64,000 bases of DNA from a candidate division WWE3 bacterium CG08_land_8_20_14_0_20_40_13. Lineage in GTDB: Bacteria > Patescibacteriota > WWE3 > 0-14-0-20-40-13. Positions 38,570 to 49,859 of this stretch are shown in pieces. A model generated the notes under the pieces. That model did not search any database, was not told the origin of the DNA, and saw only the letters and a list, made by a program, of their open reading frames with translations. The stretch covers positions 4,345 to 68,344 of the forward strand of contig PEYT01000004.1 in NCBI GenBank assembly GCA_002774285.1, given 5' to 3'. Made by a program: the position numbers and the translations under genes. Position 1 is the stretch's first letter; every line of letters starts with the position of its first letter.

Positions 38570-41500
38570 ATGCGCCTTTCGTTTTCCGAAGAAGGTTTTA
38601 AGTTTCCGTTGCCCAACCTTTCAGCCATTCAGCTGGACTCGTTTAACGCTTTTCTACGGGAAGGTGTTAATGATGTTCTAGAAGAAATTAACGATATAGA
38701 AGACTATACCGGGCGAGGCTGGGTTTTAAGTTTCTCCAATCCCAGATTTGATAAAGCTACAATATCTATTCAAGAATCCATAGAACGGGGAATGACATAC
38801 AGCGCTCCTTGGTACATCAAAGTTACTCTACTTGAGAAAGAATCCAAAAAATCGAAAACTCAGGATGTCTATATGGGCGAAGTTCCATTAATGACCCCCA
38901 AGGGAACATTTATTGTAAATGGAATTGAAAAGGTTATTGTTAACCAACTTATACGCTCCGAGGGCGTGTATTTTTTGCCCATAGAATATCCGGGAAATCC
39001 TAATCTTTTCGCAAGCGCTAAGTTGCTTCCAAAAAACGGCGCGTGGCTCGAAATAGAAACTTCAAAAACAGGAGTTCTTACCGTAAAAATTGACCGAAAA
39101 AGAAAAGTTGTGTTAACCGCGCTTTTAAGAATTTTTGGTTTAGAAAACGATAACGACATAAGGGAGGCCTTTAAAGAAGCCGAAAAGGGATCCGAAGTGT
39201 CTTATGTAGAAGCAACTTTAGAAAAAGATCCTTCGTCAAATTACAACGAGGCTTTAATAGAAATATACCGCAAAGTGCGTCCCGGGGAGCCTTTGATTTT
39301 GGATAATGCTAAAACTCTTATAGAAACCATGTTTTTTAATCCGCGTCGCTATTCACTTGGAAAGGTCGGCCGTTTTAAATTTAATCAGAAGCTAAAAACG
39401 GAGTTTCCTCAAGACAGTATGGGGCGTCTTTTACACAAAGAAGATCTAATAAAGGTCATAGAAAGAATAATCCTTTTAAACCGTAATATTGGTGAGGAGT
39501 ACGATGACATTGATCATTTAGGAAACCGAAGAGTGCGATCTGTGGGGGAGCTTTTGCAAAATCAAATTAGAATCGGGTTTTTGCAAATGGAAAGAAATAT
39601 TAAGGAAAGAATGTCATTGCAACCCCGTGGACAGCTCTGCGAGCCAAATACTCTTATTTCCACAAGACCTGTTGCCGCGAAGGTGCACTCTTTTTTTGCA
39701 TCTGGACAACTTAGTCAATATCAGGATCAATCAAACCCATTAACGGGTCTCGATCATTTAAGAAGGCTTTCCGTTATGGGACCCGGAGGGCTAACTAAAG
39801 AAAGAGCCAGCTTCTCTGTTCGCGATGCGCACTATACTCATTATGGAAAAATCTGTCCTGTTCGGACCCCGGAAGGTCCCAATATTGGACTTATTACATA
39901 TGTAGCGCTCTACGCTCGTGTAAATGAATATGGATTTTTGGAAACGCCTTACAGGAAACTTGATAAAGATGCTAAGGGAAATTATGTAGTTACCGATACA
40001 ATCGATTATCTTGCGGCCTATGACGAGGAGAAGTTTTTTATTACGGACGCTTCGGTAAAGGTTTCTAAAGACGGCGTTGTTTTGGATAAGCGAGTTCCGC
40101 TCCGTAAAGGGAAAGACTTCTTTATCGGAGATGTTTCGCAGGCAAGTTACATGGATATTAACTCCCAGCAAACTGTAGGCCTTGCCGCCTCCTTAATTCC
40201 GTTTATTTCTAATACCGATGTTATCCGTGCCCTCTATGGATGCCAGCAAGCCACTCAAGCGGTTCCTCTAATTATTCCCCAGAAGCCGTTTGTAGGTACT
40301 GGGATGGAGGAAATCGCGGCGTTAGGTTCTGGGGCTATTGTAATGGCGGAGGAGGACGGAGTTGTTTCGTTTTCCGATGCCACAAAGGTTATTGTAAAAG
40401 GGAAAAATACTACCGAATATAAAATCCTTAAATTTGTTCAGTCCAACATGGATACCTGTTACAACCAAAGTGTTGTGGTAAGCGCTGGGCAAAAAGTAAA
40501 AAAGGGCCAAGTTCTTGCCGAAGGACCAGCAGTATTGGACGGAGAATTGGCGATTGGAGCCAATCTTAAAGTAGCCTTTATGATATGGGGAGGGTACAAC
40601 TACGAAGACGCTATTGTGGTTTCCGAGCGCTTGGTGCGGGATGATGTTTTAACTTCTATTCATATTAAAGATCGTGCGGTGCAAGTTTTAGAAACAAAGC
40701 TTGGACCCGAAGAAATTACCCGCGATATTCCCAATGTTTCAGAAGAAGCCTTGCGCAACCTAGATGAGCGGGGCATTGTTGCAATAGGATCAGAGGTAAA
40801 ATCAGGCGACATTTTGGTTGGAAAAATTGCTCCAAAAGGGGAAACAGAGCTTTCGGCGGAGGAAAGATTACTTCGTGCTATCTTTGGAGAAAAGTCCCGC
40901 GATGTTAAAGATAACTCGTTGGTTTTGCCACATGGGGAGTATGGAACAGTAATTGGAATCACAGAGCTTACAAAAGAAAAAGGTGACGAACTTCCAATAG
41001 GTGTTGTAAAAGAAATCCGCATTTTTGTGGCGCAGCGGAGAAAAATTGTTGTTGGGGATAAACTAACTGGGCGTCAGGGGCAAAAAGGAGTAATCGCTCT
41101 TATTGCCAAAGACGAGGATATGCCTTTTATGACCGATGGGACAAGAGTAGATATTATTTTGCACCCCGCCTCCCTTCTTGGCCGTATGAATATTGGTCAG
41201 CTTCCGGAAACTCATCTTGGTTGGGTAGCCGAAAGAACAAATAAATATTTTCAAGTTCCCGTCTTTACAAAATTTGGCGAAGAGCAGCTTAAAGCGGCGT
41301 TAAAAGAAGCAGGTCTTCCCGAGGATGGGCGAACCGCTTTGTTTGACGGAAAATCTGGGGAGCCTTTTGCAAATCGTGTGGTTGTAGGAAATCTTTATAT
41401 TCTTAAACTGCATCATCTTGCTGAGGATAAAATGCACGCTAGAAGTACCGGACCATATTCTTTAATTACGCAACAGCCTCTTGGTGGAAAGGCTCAATTT

Positions 41501-41923
41501 GGCGGTCAGCGTTTTGGCGAGATGGAAGTTTGGGCGCTGGAGGGGTATAGCGCCGCTCATACTTTGCAAGAGATGCTTACAATAAAATCCGATGATATGT
41601 TGGGCAGGACTTTGGCATATCGCGCTATGATTCAAGGTGAAAAGATTCCGCCTGCGGCTATTCCGGAATCCTTTAAACTATTGGTACGCGAACTTAACGG
41701 ACTATGTCTTAAAGTAGATACAATTGGGGCTAAAGAAGAAGATGTCCAAGAGGTGGGAGGTGGGGCGGAACCCGGAGAAGTAAAAATGATACCGGCAGAG
41801 GGTTTAAAAATTACCGATCCAAAAAATGAAAAGGAAGAAGATGGGGTGGGAAAATCCGAAGAGGCGTCCGCGGAGGAAGATTTAACCGAAGAAGAAAAGG
41901 ATAAACCGGAAGTGGAGGAGTAA
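38570..41923 (+). CDS. rpoB: RNA polymerase beta subunit
   Basis: DDIDHLGNRR, TPEGPNIGL, GYNYEDA, HARSTGPY, GGQRFGEMEVWALE. Confidence 0.98.
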   Translation: MRLSFSEEGFKFPLPNLSAIQLDSFNAFLREGVNDVLEEINDIEDYTGRGWVLSFSNPRFDKATISIQESIERGMTYSAPWYIKVTLLEKESKKSKTQDVYMGEVPLMTPKGTFIVNGIEKVIVNQLIRSEGVYFLPIEYPGNPNLFASAKLLPKNGAWLEIETSKTGVLTVKIDRKRKVVLTALLRIFGLENDNDIREAFKEAEKGSEVSYVEATLEKDPSSNYNEALIEIYRKVRPGEPLILDNAKTLIETMFFNPRRYSLGKVGRFKFNQKLKTEFPQDSMGRLLHKEDLIKVIERIILLNRNIGEEYDDIDHLGNRRVRSVGELLQNQIRIGFLQMERNIKERMSLQPRGQLCEPNTLISTRPVAAKVHSFFASGQLSQYQDQSNPLTGLDHLRRLSVMGPGGLTKERASFSVRDAHYTHYGKICPVRTPEGPNIGLITYVALYARVNEYGFLETPYRKLDKDAKGNYVVTDTIDYLAAYDEEKFFITDASVKVSKDGVVLDKRVPLRKGKDFFIGDVSQASYMDINSQQTVGLAASLIPFISNTDVIRALYGCQQATQAVPLIIPQKPFVGTGMEEIAALGSGAIVMAEEDGVVSFSDATKVIVKGKNTTEYKILKFVQSNMDTCYNQSVVVSAGQKVKKGQVLAEGPAVLDGELAIGANLKVAFMIWGGYNYEDAIVVSERLVRDDVLTSIHIKDRAVQVLETKLGPEEITRDIPNVSEEALRNLDERGIVAIGSEVKSGDILVGKIAPKGETELSAEERLLRAIFGEKSRDVKDNSLVLPHGEYGTVIGITELTKEKGDELPIGVVKEIRIFVAQRRKIVVGDKLTGRQGQKGVIALIAKDEDMPFMTDGTRVDIILHPASLLGRMNIGQLPETHLGWVAERTNKYFQVPVFTKFGEEQLKAALKEAGLPEDGRTALFDGKSGEPFANRVVVGNLYILKLHHLAEDKMHARSTGPYSLITQQPLGGKAQFGGQRFGEMEVWALEGYSAAHTLQEMLTIKSDDMLGRTLAYRAMIQGEKIPPAAIPESFKLLVRELNGLCLKVDTIGAKEEDVQEVGGGAEPGEVKMIPAEGLKITDPKNEKEEDGVGKSEEASAEEDLTEEEKDKPEVEE

Positions 41924-41945
41924 AAATAATAATAGTTAAAAAAAT

Positions 41946-44900
41946 ATGAACAAACTATCCAGACTAAAAGATTTTACCGCGCTAAAAATTTCACTTGCTT
42001 CTCCGGAGGATATATTGTCATGGTCTCATGGCGAAGTTACCAAACCTGAAACAATTAATTACCGCACCTTTAAGGCCGAAAAGGGCGGGCTTTTTGACGA
42101 AAAAATATTTGGTCCTACTAAAGATTATGAGTGTTACTGCGGAAAATATAAAAGGATCAGATACAAAGGTGTCATTTGCGATAAATGCGGAGTAGAGGTT
42201 ACTCACTCCAGAGTTCGGCGCGAAAGAATGGGTCATATCACATTGTCATCTCCTGTTGCCCATGTATGGTTTTTTAAAGGCATACCTTCTAAACTTGCTA
42301 TGCTCTTGGACATTTCTCCCAGAAGTTTAGAAGCAGTTGTCTACTTCTCATCCTATGTGGTTACTTCTTGCGATCATGATAAGAAAGTCCATGTTTTATC
42401 TCATTTAGCGGAAGATTTGGAGAAGGAAAGAAAGACTTTTTTGGAGGAGTCCGAGGAAGAGGTTAAAAATCTTAAAAAGCAGGCGGAAACCGAAATAAAG
42501 GAAATAAAAAACGCAGACAAAGAAAAAGCAAAAATAATGGCGGGAGCAGTTTCCCTAAAATACAACCGTAAAGCCCAAGATTTAAGAGATAAGACGGTGG
42601 TAAAACAGGAAGAACTTGAGAAAAAATTTGCCGTTTTGGAAAAGAAGCTTGCTTCGGTAAAACATCTTTCAATTCTTACCGATTTGGAATATTTGGATTT
42701 ATCCAATTATATGGATCAATTTTGCGAAGTCTCAATTGGAGCTGAATCGATAAAAAATATTTTGGAAAAATTGGATTTAGTCGAAGAAATCAAAAAACTT
42801 AAAGCGAAAATTTCAAGAACAAAGGGACAGGCGCAATTAAAACTTAGCAAAAGATTAAAGGTTATGGAGGGCTTTAGGAAAGCGGGAATTAGTCCCACAT
42901 GGGTTATTTTACAACATTTGCCTGTTATCCCCCCGGATCTTAGACCCATGGTTCAGTTGGAAGGTGGACGATTTGCCACGAGTGATCTTAACGACCTTTA
43001 TCGGAGAATAATCAATAGAAATAGCCGTCTTAGAAGACTTCTAAATTTGGGAGCGCCGGAAATTATCATAAGAAATGAAAAAAGGATGTTGCAGGAAGCT
43101 GTTGACGCGCTAATTGATTCTTCAAAACAGAGATCTTCGTCCAGAGTTTTAAGAATGTCCAGAAAACCGCTCCGCTCAATTTCCGACATGCTAAAAGGAA
43201 AGCAAGGGCGTTTTAGACAGAACCTTTTGGGAAAGCGGGTTGACTATTCGGGACGGTCCGTTATTGTTGTTGGTCCAGACCTTAAACTTACGGAGTGTGG
43301 AATTCCAAGAGAAATGGCTTTAGAGCTTTTAAAACCGTTGGTACTACGCGAAATACTCCTTAGAGGCCTTGCTCCTAATGTTAAAAGCGCCAAATATATA
43401 TTGGATGCTAGAGGTGGAGAGGTGTGGGATATTGTAGAATCTTTAGCCAAGTCGCGGCCTGTTCTTTTAAACCGCGCCCCAACACTTCACAGACTTGGAA
43501 TTCGGGCATTTTTCCCCAGACTTATCGAAGGAAACGCCATCCAAATACATCCTTGTGTTTGTGATGGATTTAATGCTGACTTTGACGGCGACCAAATGGC
43601 AGTACATTTACCACTATCAGAAGAGGCTATTCAGGAATCTATAGACCTTATGCTTTCCGATAAAAATTTACTTAAACCTTCAAACGGCAATTTTATCGCC
43701 ATGCCTTCCAAAGATATGATTTTGGGAGTGTACTTTTTGACAACAGTAAATCCCGATTTGGAAAAACACAAAAGCAAATTTGGAAGTATTGACGAGGTTA
43801 CTTACGCTCTTTTCGATAACAAAATAAACCTAAGACAGAAAATTGATATGGTTTTGGATGGCAATATGACGGAAACTACCGCAGGAAGAGTGATTTTTAA
43901 CAGTCGGTTACCGCAGTCACTGGGATTTATTAACAAAAATGTTGGGAAATCCTCATCAGAAGACACGGTATCGCTTTCCGATCTTTTTGACAAAGTATTA
44001 AAGATGGAAGACACCAGAACGGTAGTGGAATTTATTGACTCGGTAAAAAGTTTGGGATTTGAATACGCAACAAAATCTGGTCTTTCCGTGTCGATTTTTG
44101 ACTTTAAAGAATCTCCGCAAAGAGGTCCAATTATGGATACTGCTAACAAAAAGGCTGAAGAAATAGATCTTAACTATAAGCGTGGTCTTATTACAAGAAA
44201 CGAACAAAGGTCCTTGTCTCAAACTTTGTGGCAAGAAACAACAGAAAAAGTTGATGAAGCAACTTGGAAAGAACTGGACGAGAAAGACATTGTTAAATTT
44301 ATGTTGCGCTCTGGAGGTGCCGGAAAAGCTTCCCGTGTTCAAATACGGCAGATTGCTGGAATGCGTGGTCTTATTGCCGATCCAACGGGAAGAATTATAG
44401 AAATGCCAATTAAAGGAAATTACAAAGAGGGTCTTTCGGGATTCGAGTATTTTGCAAGTTCCCGTGGTTCCCGTAAAGGGATTACCGATAAGGCTTTAAG
44501 AACAGCAGATGCTGGATATCTAACTCGTAGGCTTGTTGATGTGGCACAAGGTGTAATAACTAGAACTGATTTTTGCGGAACGGAAAATTATCGGCCGATA
44601 ACTATTAAAGACATTTTGCCGCTATCTTCTCTTTCCGATAAGATAAAGGGAAGATATTTGGCAAAGGATATCAAAGTAAAAAACAAAAAGATTGCGAAAA
44701 AAGGAGAATACCTAACTATTGAAAAAGCCAAGGAGATAGAAAAGGCTGGGGTAGAGGAAGTAGGAGTATATTCACCTTTAACCTGCGAAGCTCCTCACGG
44801 AATTTGCAGAAAGTGTTATGGCGAAGATTTAACAAATCTTAAAGAAGTGCAAATTGGGGTTCCTGTTGGGATATTGGCGGCGCAATCTATTGGAGAGCCG

Positions 44901-45671
44901 GGAACACAACTTACTATGAGAACTTTCCATACTGGAGGAATTGTCGGAAAAGACATTACACAAGGACTTCCGCGGATAGAAGAAATTTTGGAAGCACGGG
45001 CGCCAAAATCTCTTTCCATAATGAGCGAAATTACCGGAAAGGTTAGTATTGTAGAAGAAAAGGGTGGTAAGAGGACCATTATTGTCAAAGCAGTAGATAA
45101 AGATACTGAGGTTCCGGAAGTGCGGTATAATGTGGATCCAGTTTCTGAGATTGTGGTTAGCGAAGGAATGCTAATTGTTGCTGGGGAGCCTTTGACTGTC
45201 GGGAATTTGGATTTAAGCGAGCTTTTGGGTGTTGTAAGTGTAGTCCAAACGCAAAATTACATAATTAAAGAATTGCAAAAGGTTTATACTTCACAGGGAG
45301 TTAAGTTAAACGATAAGCATTTGGAAGTTATAGTTAGACAGACCTTTAACAAGGTGGAAATAGATAAGATTGGGGACGCCGACTTTTTGCAGGGTGAGGT
45401 TGTGACGAAAGATAAGTTTGATGAGGAGAATGCAAAGGTGGCGGCAGAAGGCGGGGAAATGGCGCAAGGTCACATAATTTTGCTTGGTATAACAAGGGCC
45501 GCTCTTGAAACGGATAGCTTTTTAGCGGCGGCATCGTTTATGAACACCAGCCGAATTTTGACTGATGCCGCTTCCGTGGGGGCAGTAGATAACCTGTTAG
45601 GTCTAAAGGAAAATGTGATTATTGGAAGACTAATTCCCGTGGGGGAACGGGCTAGAATGGTAGACAATTAA
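41946..45671 (+). CDS. rpoC: RNA polymerase beta' subunit
   Basis: Zn finger, [31 protein letters not shown]. Confidence 0.98.
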   Translation: MNKLSRLKDFTALKISLASPEDILSWSHGEVTKPETINYRTFKAEKGGLFDEKIFGPTKDYECYCGKYKRIRYKGVICDKCGVEVTHSRVRRERMGHITLSSPVAHVWFFKGIPSKLAMLLDISPRSLEAVVYFSSYVVTSCDHDKKVHVLSHLAEDLEKERKTFLEESEEEVKNLKKQAETEIKEIKNADKEKAKIMAGAVSLKYNRKAQDLRDKTVVKQEELEKKFAVLEKKLASVKHLSILTDLEYLDLSNYMDQFCEVSIGAESIKNILEKLDLVEEIKKLKAKISRTKGQAQLKLSKRLKVMEGFRKAGISPTWVILQHLPVIPPDLRPMVQLEGGRFATSDLNDLYRRIINRNSRLRRLLNLGAPEIIIRNEKRMLQEAVDALIDSSKQRSSSRVLRMSRKPLRSISDMLKGKQGRFRQNLLGKRVDYSGRSVIVVGPDLKLTECGIPREMALELLKPLVLREILLRGLAPNVKSAKYILDARGGEVWDIVESLAKSRPVLLNRAPTLHRLGIRAFFPRLIEGNAIQIHPCVCDGFNADFDGDQMAVHLPLSEEAIQESIDLMLSDKNLLKPSNGNFIAMPSKDMILGVYFLTTVNPDLEKHKSKFGSIDEVTYALFDNKINLRQKIDMVLDGNMTETTAGRVIFNSRLPQSLGFINKNVGKSSSEDTVSLSDLFDKVLKMEDTRTVVEFIDSVKSLGFEYATKSGLSVSIFDFKESPQRGPIMDTANKKAEEIDLNYKRGLITRNEQRSLSQTLWQETTEKVDEATWKELDEKDIVKFMLRSGGAGKASRVQIRQIAGMRGLIADPTGRIIEMPIKGNYKEGLSGFEYFASSRGSRKGITDKALRTADAGYLTRRLVDVAQGVITRTDFCGTENYRPITIKDILPLSSLSDKIKGRYLAKDIKVKNKKIAKKGEYLTIEKAKEIEKAGVEEVGVYSPLTCEAPHGICRKCYGEDLTNLKEVQIGVPVGILAAQSIGEPGTQLTMRTFHTGGIVGKDITQGLPRIEEILEARAPKSLSIMSEITGKVSIVEEKGGKRTIIVKAVDKDTEVPEVRYNVDPVSEIVVSEGMLIVAGEPLTVGNLDLSELLGVVSVVQTQNYIIKELQKVYTSQGVKLNDKHLEVIVRQTFNKVEIDKIGDADFLQGEVVTKDKFDEENAKVAAEGGEMAQGHIILLGITRAALETDSFLAAASFMNTSRILTDAASVGAVDNLLGLKENVIIGRLIPVGERARMVDN

Positions 45672-45672
45672 A

Positions 45673-46098
45673 ATGCCAACAATAAACCAGCTTGTAAGAA
45701 AGCGCAGAAAAAATTTAAAATCTCGAAAAGCTACACCAGCTTTAAAGTTGGTATATTCATCGTTACACAGGACAAAAAAGAGAGTAGCAAGTCCTTTTAA
45801 AAGAGGAGTGTGTCTTATTGTAAAGACGATGACGCCTAAAAAACCAAACTCGGCTTTAAGAAAAATTGCCAGAGTCCGTCTTTCCAATGGAGAAGAAGTT
45901 ACCACTTATATTCCCGGGGAAGGTCACGGACTTCAGGAGCACTCGGTAGTTTTGGTTAGAGGTGGTCGTGTTAAAGATCTTCCGGGTGTAAAGTACACTA
46001 TCGTCCGTGGGAAATACGATTTAGCAGGGGTTGCCAAACGAAAAACATCTAGAAGTATTTACGGTACAAAAAAGGATGCAGGAGTTAAAAAGATTTAA
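45673..46098 (+). CDS. rpsL: 30S ribosomal protein uS12
   Basis: [19 protein letters not shown]. Confidence 0.98.
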   Translation: MPTINQLVRKRRKNLKSRKATPALKLVYSSLHRTKKRVASPFKRGVCLIVKTMTPKKPNSALRKIARVRLSNGEEVTTYIPGEGHGLQEHSVVLVRGGRVKDLPGVKYTIVRGKYDLAGVAKRKTSRSIYGTKKDAGVKKI

Positions 46099-46103
46099 TC
46101 GTT

Positions 46104-46571
46104 ATGGCGAGAGGAGCAAAACCAACAAAAAACCCAATAGAAACCGACCAATTTTATAAATCAAAGGTCGTTACCCGCGTTGTTAACCGTCTTATGCTAG
46201 GCGGGGAAAAAAGCGTCGCCACAAAAATTATTTACGGGGTTTTGGAAAAAATTTCGGAGGATAAAAAAGAAGCCACCACAAAATTAGAAGAGGCGGTAAA
46301 AAATCTAATGCCTTCACAGGAAGTTCGGAGCCGTAGGGTAGGTGGTGCTACTTATCAAGTTCCGGTTCCTTTGCGTCATGATAGATCAGAAGCTTTGGCT
46401 ATAAGATGGCTGGTGGAAGCAGCACGCGCAAAAAAAGGAAAACCCATGGCCCAAAGACTTTTTGAAGAAGTAACACTTGCCGCTAAAAAAGAGGGAGTTG
46501 CTTACAAAAAGAAAGAAGATACTCTGCGTATGGCTGACGCCAACAAAGCCTTTGCGCATTTTAAGTGGTAG
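46104..46571 (+). CDS. rpsG: 30S ribosomal protein uS7
   Basis: RRVGGATYQVP, MA.ANKAFAHF. Confidence 0.98.
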   Translation: MARGAKPTKNPIETDQFYKSKVVTRVVNRLMLGGEKSVATKIIYGVLEKISEDKKEATTKLEEAVKNLMPSQEVRSRRVGGATYQVPVPLRHDRSEALAIRWLVEAARAKKGKPMAQRLFEEVTLAAKKEGVAYKKKEDTLRMADANKAFAHFKW

Positions 46572-46606
46572 ACAGTTTCTTATCCAAAGTAATAGTTTGA
46601 CCAAGT

Positions 46607-46646
46607 CCTTTCTACCTTCAAATTTACCAATTAACAAACCTAATAA
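46607..46646 (+). repeat. Direct repeat, left copy
   Basis: CCTTTCTACCTT-CAAATTTACCAATTAACAAACCTAATAA; matches 48349-48360 + 48400-48427 at 39/40. Confidence 0.85.
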
Positions 46647-46674
46647 GTACCCCCCCCTCAATGTTCTGTGCTAC

Positions 46675-46703
46675 TTGACAACCGCGTCTTGTTGCAATAT
46701 CCT
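46675..46703 (+). promoter_or_regulatory. Promoter of the AbiE pair
   Basis: TTGACA-17-TATCCT, 8 nt before ATG. Confidence 0.6.
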
Positions 46704-46711
46704 GTACATAT

Positions 46712-47254
46712 ATGTACAGGATAGACACTCTTATTAAGTTGGATAGGAAGCTGTATCATACAAACGATCTGGCTATATGTTGGAAAATAATTAACAAAAA
46801 TACCTTATACACGGCAATTAAGCGGTATATAAAGAGGGGAATTTTGATTCCGGTTAAAAAAGGTTTATACTCCACCATTCCTTTAGTGCAACTTGATCGG
46901 CAAAACCTTGGAATTGCTCTTATCCATAAGTATTGCTACTTAAGCACGGAATCTGTATTTGTTAAAAACGGGATCATCACCCAAAACAACTTTTACACAA
47001 CTTTTATTAGTAGTGTTTCTGCCAAAATAGCAGTTTCCGATTGGCAATTTCTTTATCGAAAATTGAAAGACGAGTTTCTTTATAACCAAGAGGGTATTTA
47101 TAGCGAGAACGGCGTTTATATGGCGACGACGGAAAGAGCCGTTGCCGATATGTTGTATTTTAATCCAACATACCATTTTGACCTTTTAGAAAATATCGAT
47201 TTTAACAAAGTAAAAGATATCCAAAAAAAGGTTGGTTATCCATGCAGTATTTAA
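46712..47254 (+). CDS. Type IV TA AbiEi-like antitoxin
   Basis: wHTH ending KGLY, YLS.ES, AT.ERAVAD.LY; coupled to nucleotidyltransferase toxin. Confidence 0.85.
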   Translation: MYRIDTLIKLDRKLYHTNDLAICWKIINKNTLYTAIKRYIKRGILIPVKKGLYSTIPLVQLDRQNLGIALIHKYCYLSTESVFVKNGIITQNNFYTTFISSVSAKIAVSDWQFLYRKLKDEFLYNQEGIYSENGVYMATTERAVADMLYFNPTYHFDLLENIDFNKVKDIQKKVGYPCSI

Positions 47255-47970
47255 GACCGGAAGATACAATTCACAAATCTTATTTAAATAGATTACTAAT
47301 AGAGATAGTAGATAATCCAATATTATCATCCAACTTAGCGTTTAAAGGAGGAACATGCGCACAAATGCTGCGCTTTTTGGATAGGTTTTCTGTGGATTTG
47401 GACTTTGATGTAATAACAATGACGGATGAATCTAAATTAAGAAACGAGTTCCGAAATATTTTTAATCATTTAGGGCTAACTATGATTAAAGAATCGACTC
47501 CAGCCCTATTTTTTCAGCTTAAATATGCAAGCGAAACTGGGAAACGAAGCGCAATAAAGACAAGTGCGAGTATTATAAAAATAAAAACCAACGAGTATAA
47601 AATTCAATATTTATCGGAAATTGATAGATTAGCTAACTGTCAAACAATAGAAGCGATGTTTGCAAATAAATTAGTTGCCATAATCGATCGGTACAAGTTG
47701 CATAAAAGTATAGCCGGGCGTGATATCTACGATACGCACCATTTTTTTATTCAAGGATATTCATACAAAGATGAAGTAATCCTAGAAAGAACGGGGCAAG
47801 AGCCAAAAGCATACCTAAAATATTTAATAGAATTTATAAAAGACAAGGTTACTCAAACAATTGTAAATGAAGATTTAAATTCCCTATTACCAGCAGATAA
47901 ATTTCAGCAAATTAGAAAGGTTTTGATTCCAGAAACTTTGTCTTTTCTTGCAAGAGAGGTCGGGAAGTAA
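47242..47970 (+). CDS. AbiEii/AbiGii-family nucleotidyltransferase toxin
   Basis: FKGGT, RFSVDLDF, ANKL.A, GRDIYD. Confidence 0.9.
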   Translation: MQYLRPEDTIHKSYLNRLLIEIVDNPILSSNLAFKGGTCAQMLRFLDRFSVDLDFDVITMTDESKLRNEFRNIFNHLGLTMIKESTPALFFQLKYASETGKRSAIKTSASIIKIKTNEYKIQYLSEIDRLANCQTIEAMFANKLVAIIDRYKLHKSIAGRDIYDTHHFFIQGYSYKDEVILERTGQEPKAYLKYLIEFIKDKVTQTIVNEDLNSLLPADKFQQIRKVLIPETLSFLAREVGK

Positions 47971-48036
47971 TTAATCGTCGTCGGAAAAATCCGCGTTGAC
48001 ATCACATTTTATTTTATTTAGTATAGTTTTAAGGAG

Positions 48037-48415
48037 ATGAAAGAGGATTTACTGCAAACCAAATATCTTCTTGTTGTGCTAATTGTTCTTGTTGCTTTAG
48101 GTTTTATCGCTTTTTCATTTCAAACTAAACCCCCTTCCACACCAGCTATCACTCCCACCACAACCAAACCATCAAATTAAGTAGAACCATCTTCCGATCC
48201 AACTGCCAATTGGAAAACATATCAAAATGAAACATATAATTTTTCGGCGGTATATAAATTAAATAATGTATAATCATATACCATCTCTCCAATCTGGATT
48301 TGACGAGCAACTACTAGAAGAAAATGCTCGAACTTTTTTCGAAACTACCCTTTCTACCTTTCGTTTCCTAGATCCTCCGAAGCTTTAAGCGAAGGAGGAC
48401 AAATTTACCAATTAA
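48037..48415 (+). pseudogene. Remnant of exported 'WKTY...LSTFKF' family protein
   Basis: SD AAGGAG, TM, Pro/Thr linker, TAA at 48178, in-frame DPTANWKTYQN, later TTLSTFRFLD. Confidence 0.65.
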
Positions 48416-48427
48416 AAAACCTAATAA
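48349..48427 (+). repeat. Direct repeat, right copy, interrupted by a 39-nt insert containing a hairpin
   Basis: CCTTTCTACCTT-[TCGTTTCCTAGA-TCCTCCGAAGCTTTAAGCGAAGGAGGA]-CAAATTTACCAATTAAAAAACCTAATAA. Confidence 0.85.
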
Positions 48428-48675
48428 ATATCTCCTCTATTGTCGATTAGATAGATGATTACTGTTTTGTTTCTGTCGTCTTTTACAAAAAGTACTATAA
48501 TATCTCCAATACGCAGTCTAAACATACCCTGATATTTTCCAGTAAGTTTTTTTATATCTCCGCGATAGGGAAAATAGGATAAATCCAAAATAGCATTTGT
48601 AATTCTAACAAAGGAGTTTTTATCAATCTTATCAAGGAATTTTTCTGCTTGTTTCTTTAAGATAACTTTGTACAT
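48421..48675 (-). CDS. RelE/ParE family toxin
   Basis: MYKVIL.KQAEK.L, IKKL.G, FRLRIGD, I..RGDIY. Confidence 0.88.
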   Translation of the reverse strand: MYKVILKKQAEKFLDKIDKNSFVRITNAILDLSYFPYRGDIKKLTGKYQGMFRLRIGDIIVLFVKDDRNKTVIIYLIDNRGDIY

Positions 48676-48970
48676 AGTCGACGCATAATTTTTCCGAAAC
48701 AAATTTTTCAAAAGCGATTCCCATATCGCTTGCGGTTTCCATTTCTTTTTCCAGATCTTTAGTATCAACAAAATCCATAAGTTTTTCGTAAGCAAATGAG
48801 GATTTTTCAAAATATTCAGGAGACACCATAACGGCTAAATACGCATTGCCTTTGGAGATAGCAATAGGGGTTCCTAAGGTTTTCATATGGGTCACTATTT
48901 CCTTGGTTTTATAACGCAAGTCGGTTGTAGTTGCAAGTTTCGTAAGTTTTTGAGTAATCATAATAGTCAT
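48632..48970 (-). CDS. Phd/YefM-like antitoxin
   Basis: T.TDLR....EI, P..I...G...AVMVS.EYFE; overlaps toxin start. Confidence 0.8.
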   Translation of the reverse strand: MTIMITQKLTKLATTTDLRYKTKEIVTHMKTLGTPIAISKGNAYLAVMVSPEYFEKSSFAYEKLMDFVDTKDLEKEMETASDMGIAFEKFVSEKLCVDYVQSYLKETSRKIP

Positions 48971-49077
48971 AATTCCATACATAATTATGACTAAAATCAA
49001 TACCAAAAAATATCTGTTGACAGGGGTTTTGGGATAGTACAATATCTAATCATTATTGGATGTTGTTATCTGCCCCT

Positions 49078-49356
49078 ATGCCATCTAAGACTAGGAAAGT
49101 GGTCTCTAAAAAGAAGGTCGTAAGGAGAGTCCCCAAAGTAAAGTCTCCTTCGTGTTGTGTTAGTCAGGATGCGTTAACCAAGTACCTGCCGTTTATGGTA
49201 GGGTTAGCGTTTTTTGTGCTATTTTTGGCCGTAGTCGCCTATGCGGTTGCTTTAAAATCGCAGTGGCTTGCTAGCCAAGATAATGTGGGATTTTCCGCCC
49301 CAAGCGCGCCTGTAGTTAATACAGCAAAACCACTTCCCGCGCTTCCAAAGAAATAG
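49078..49356 (+). CDS. Small single-TM hypothetical protein
   Basis: Basic N-terminus, CC, one TM, Pro-rich tail. Confidence 0.65.
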   Translation: MPSKTRKVVSKKKVVRRVPKVKSPSCCVSQDALTKYLPFMVGLAFFVLFLAVVAYAVALKSQWLASQDNVGFSAPSAPVVNTAKPLPALPKK

Positions 49357-49464
49357 ATCCTATACAACCCTCTTTAAAAGAGAGACTTGGTATGGAATAA
49401 GTTGGTGAACTAGATTATTCGCCGATTTTTTCTATACCACCGCCGTGAGCAAAGAAAGGAGAGC

Positions 49465-49746
49465 ATGCCTTGGGGTTTTGTAACCGCATCTTACCCAAGG
49501 CAAAAGGTCAAAAAATTCAACAAAGACCTTTCAAGAAGATGGTTTCAATGGCGCGTGCCGAAAGGGGGATTCGTGTCACGGAGATACATTGACAAACAGG
49601 GTTTGCAGGTTACAGTTTCTCCGAAGTGTGGATCTTCTGGGTTTTTCCGGAATAGCATTCGTGATGCCTTCAGTGGTTTTCTTTGTCACAGCTACTGGAG
49701 GCAAACTCACGAACGCCGCCAATGTCGTCTTGGAGCGGGTGGTTAG
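49465..49746 (+). CDS. Orphan hypothetical protein (possibly frameshifted)
   Basis: SD AAAGGAG before ATG; an alternative open frame covers the 3' half; hairpin follows. Confidence 0.35.
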   Translation: MPWGFVTASYPRQKVKKFNKDLSRRWFQWRVPKGGFVSRRYIDKQGLQVTVSPKCGSSGFFRNSIRDAFSGFLCHSYWRQTHERRQCRLGAGG

Positions 49747-49859
49747 ATTATAGGTGTTATACTTGAACATGGCGTTTTGAGGAAATGGAAATCCTCCGCC
49801 AGGTTGTTTTTTGTTACATTATTAACATGTGAAAAACCACATTTGACGCGATGATATTT

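Noticed and set aside
39690-39790. Intrinsic rifampicin resistance from RpoB cluster I
   Set aside because: Key Q, D, H, R and S positions (SQYQDQ..DHLRRLS) are retained; other changes cannot be interpreted from sequence alone
38869-45905. Numerous antisense and alternate-frame ORFs within rpoBC and other long genes
   Set aside because: Short, motif-less and fully nested in well-supported genes
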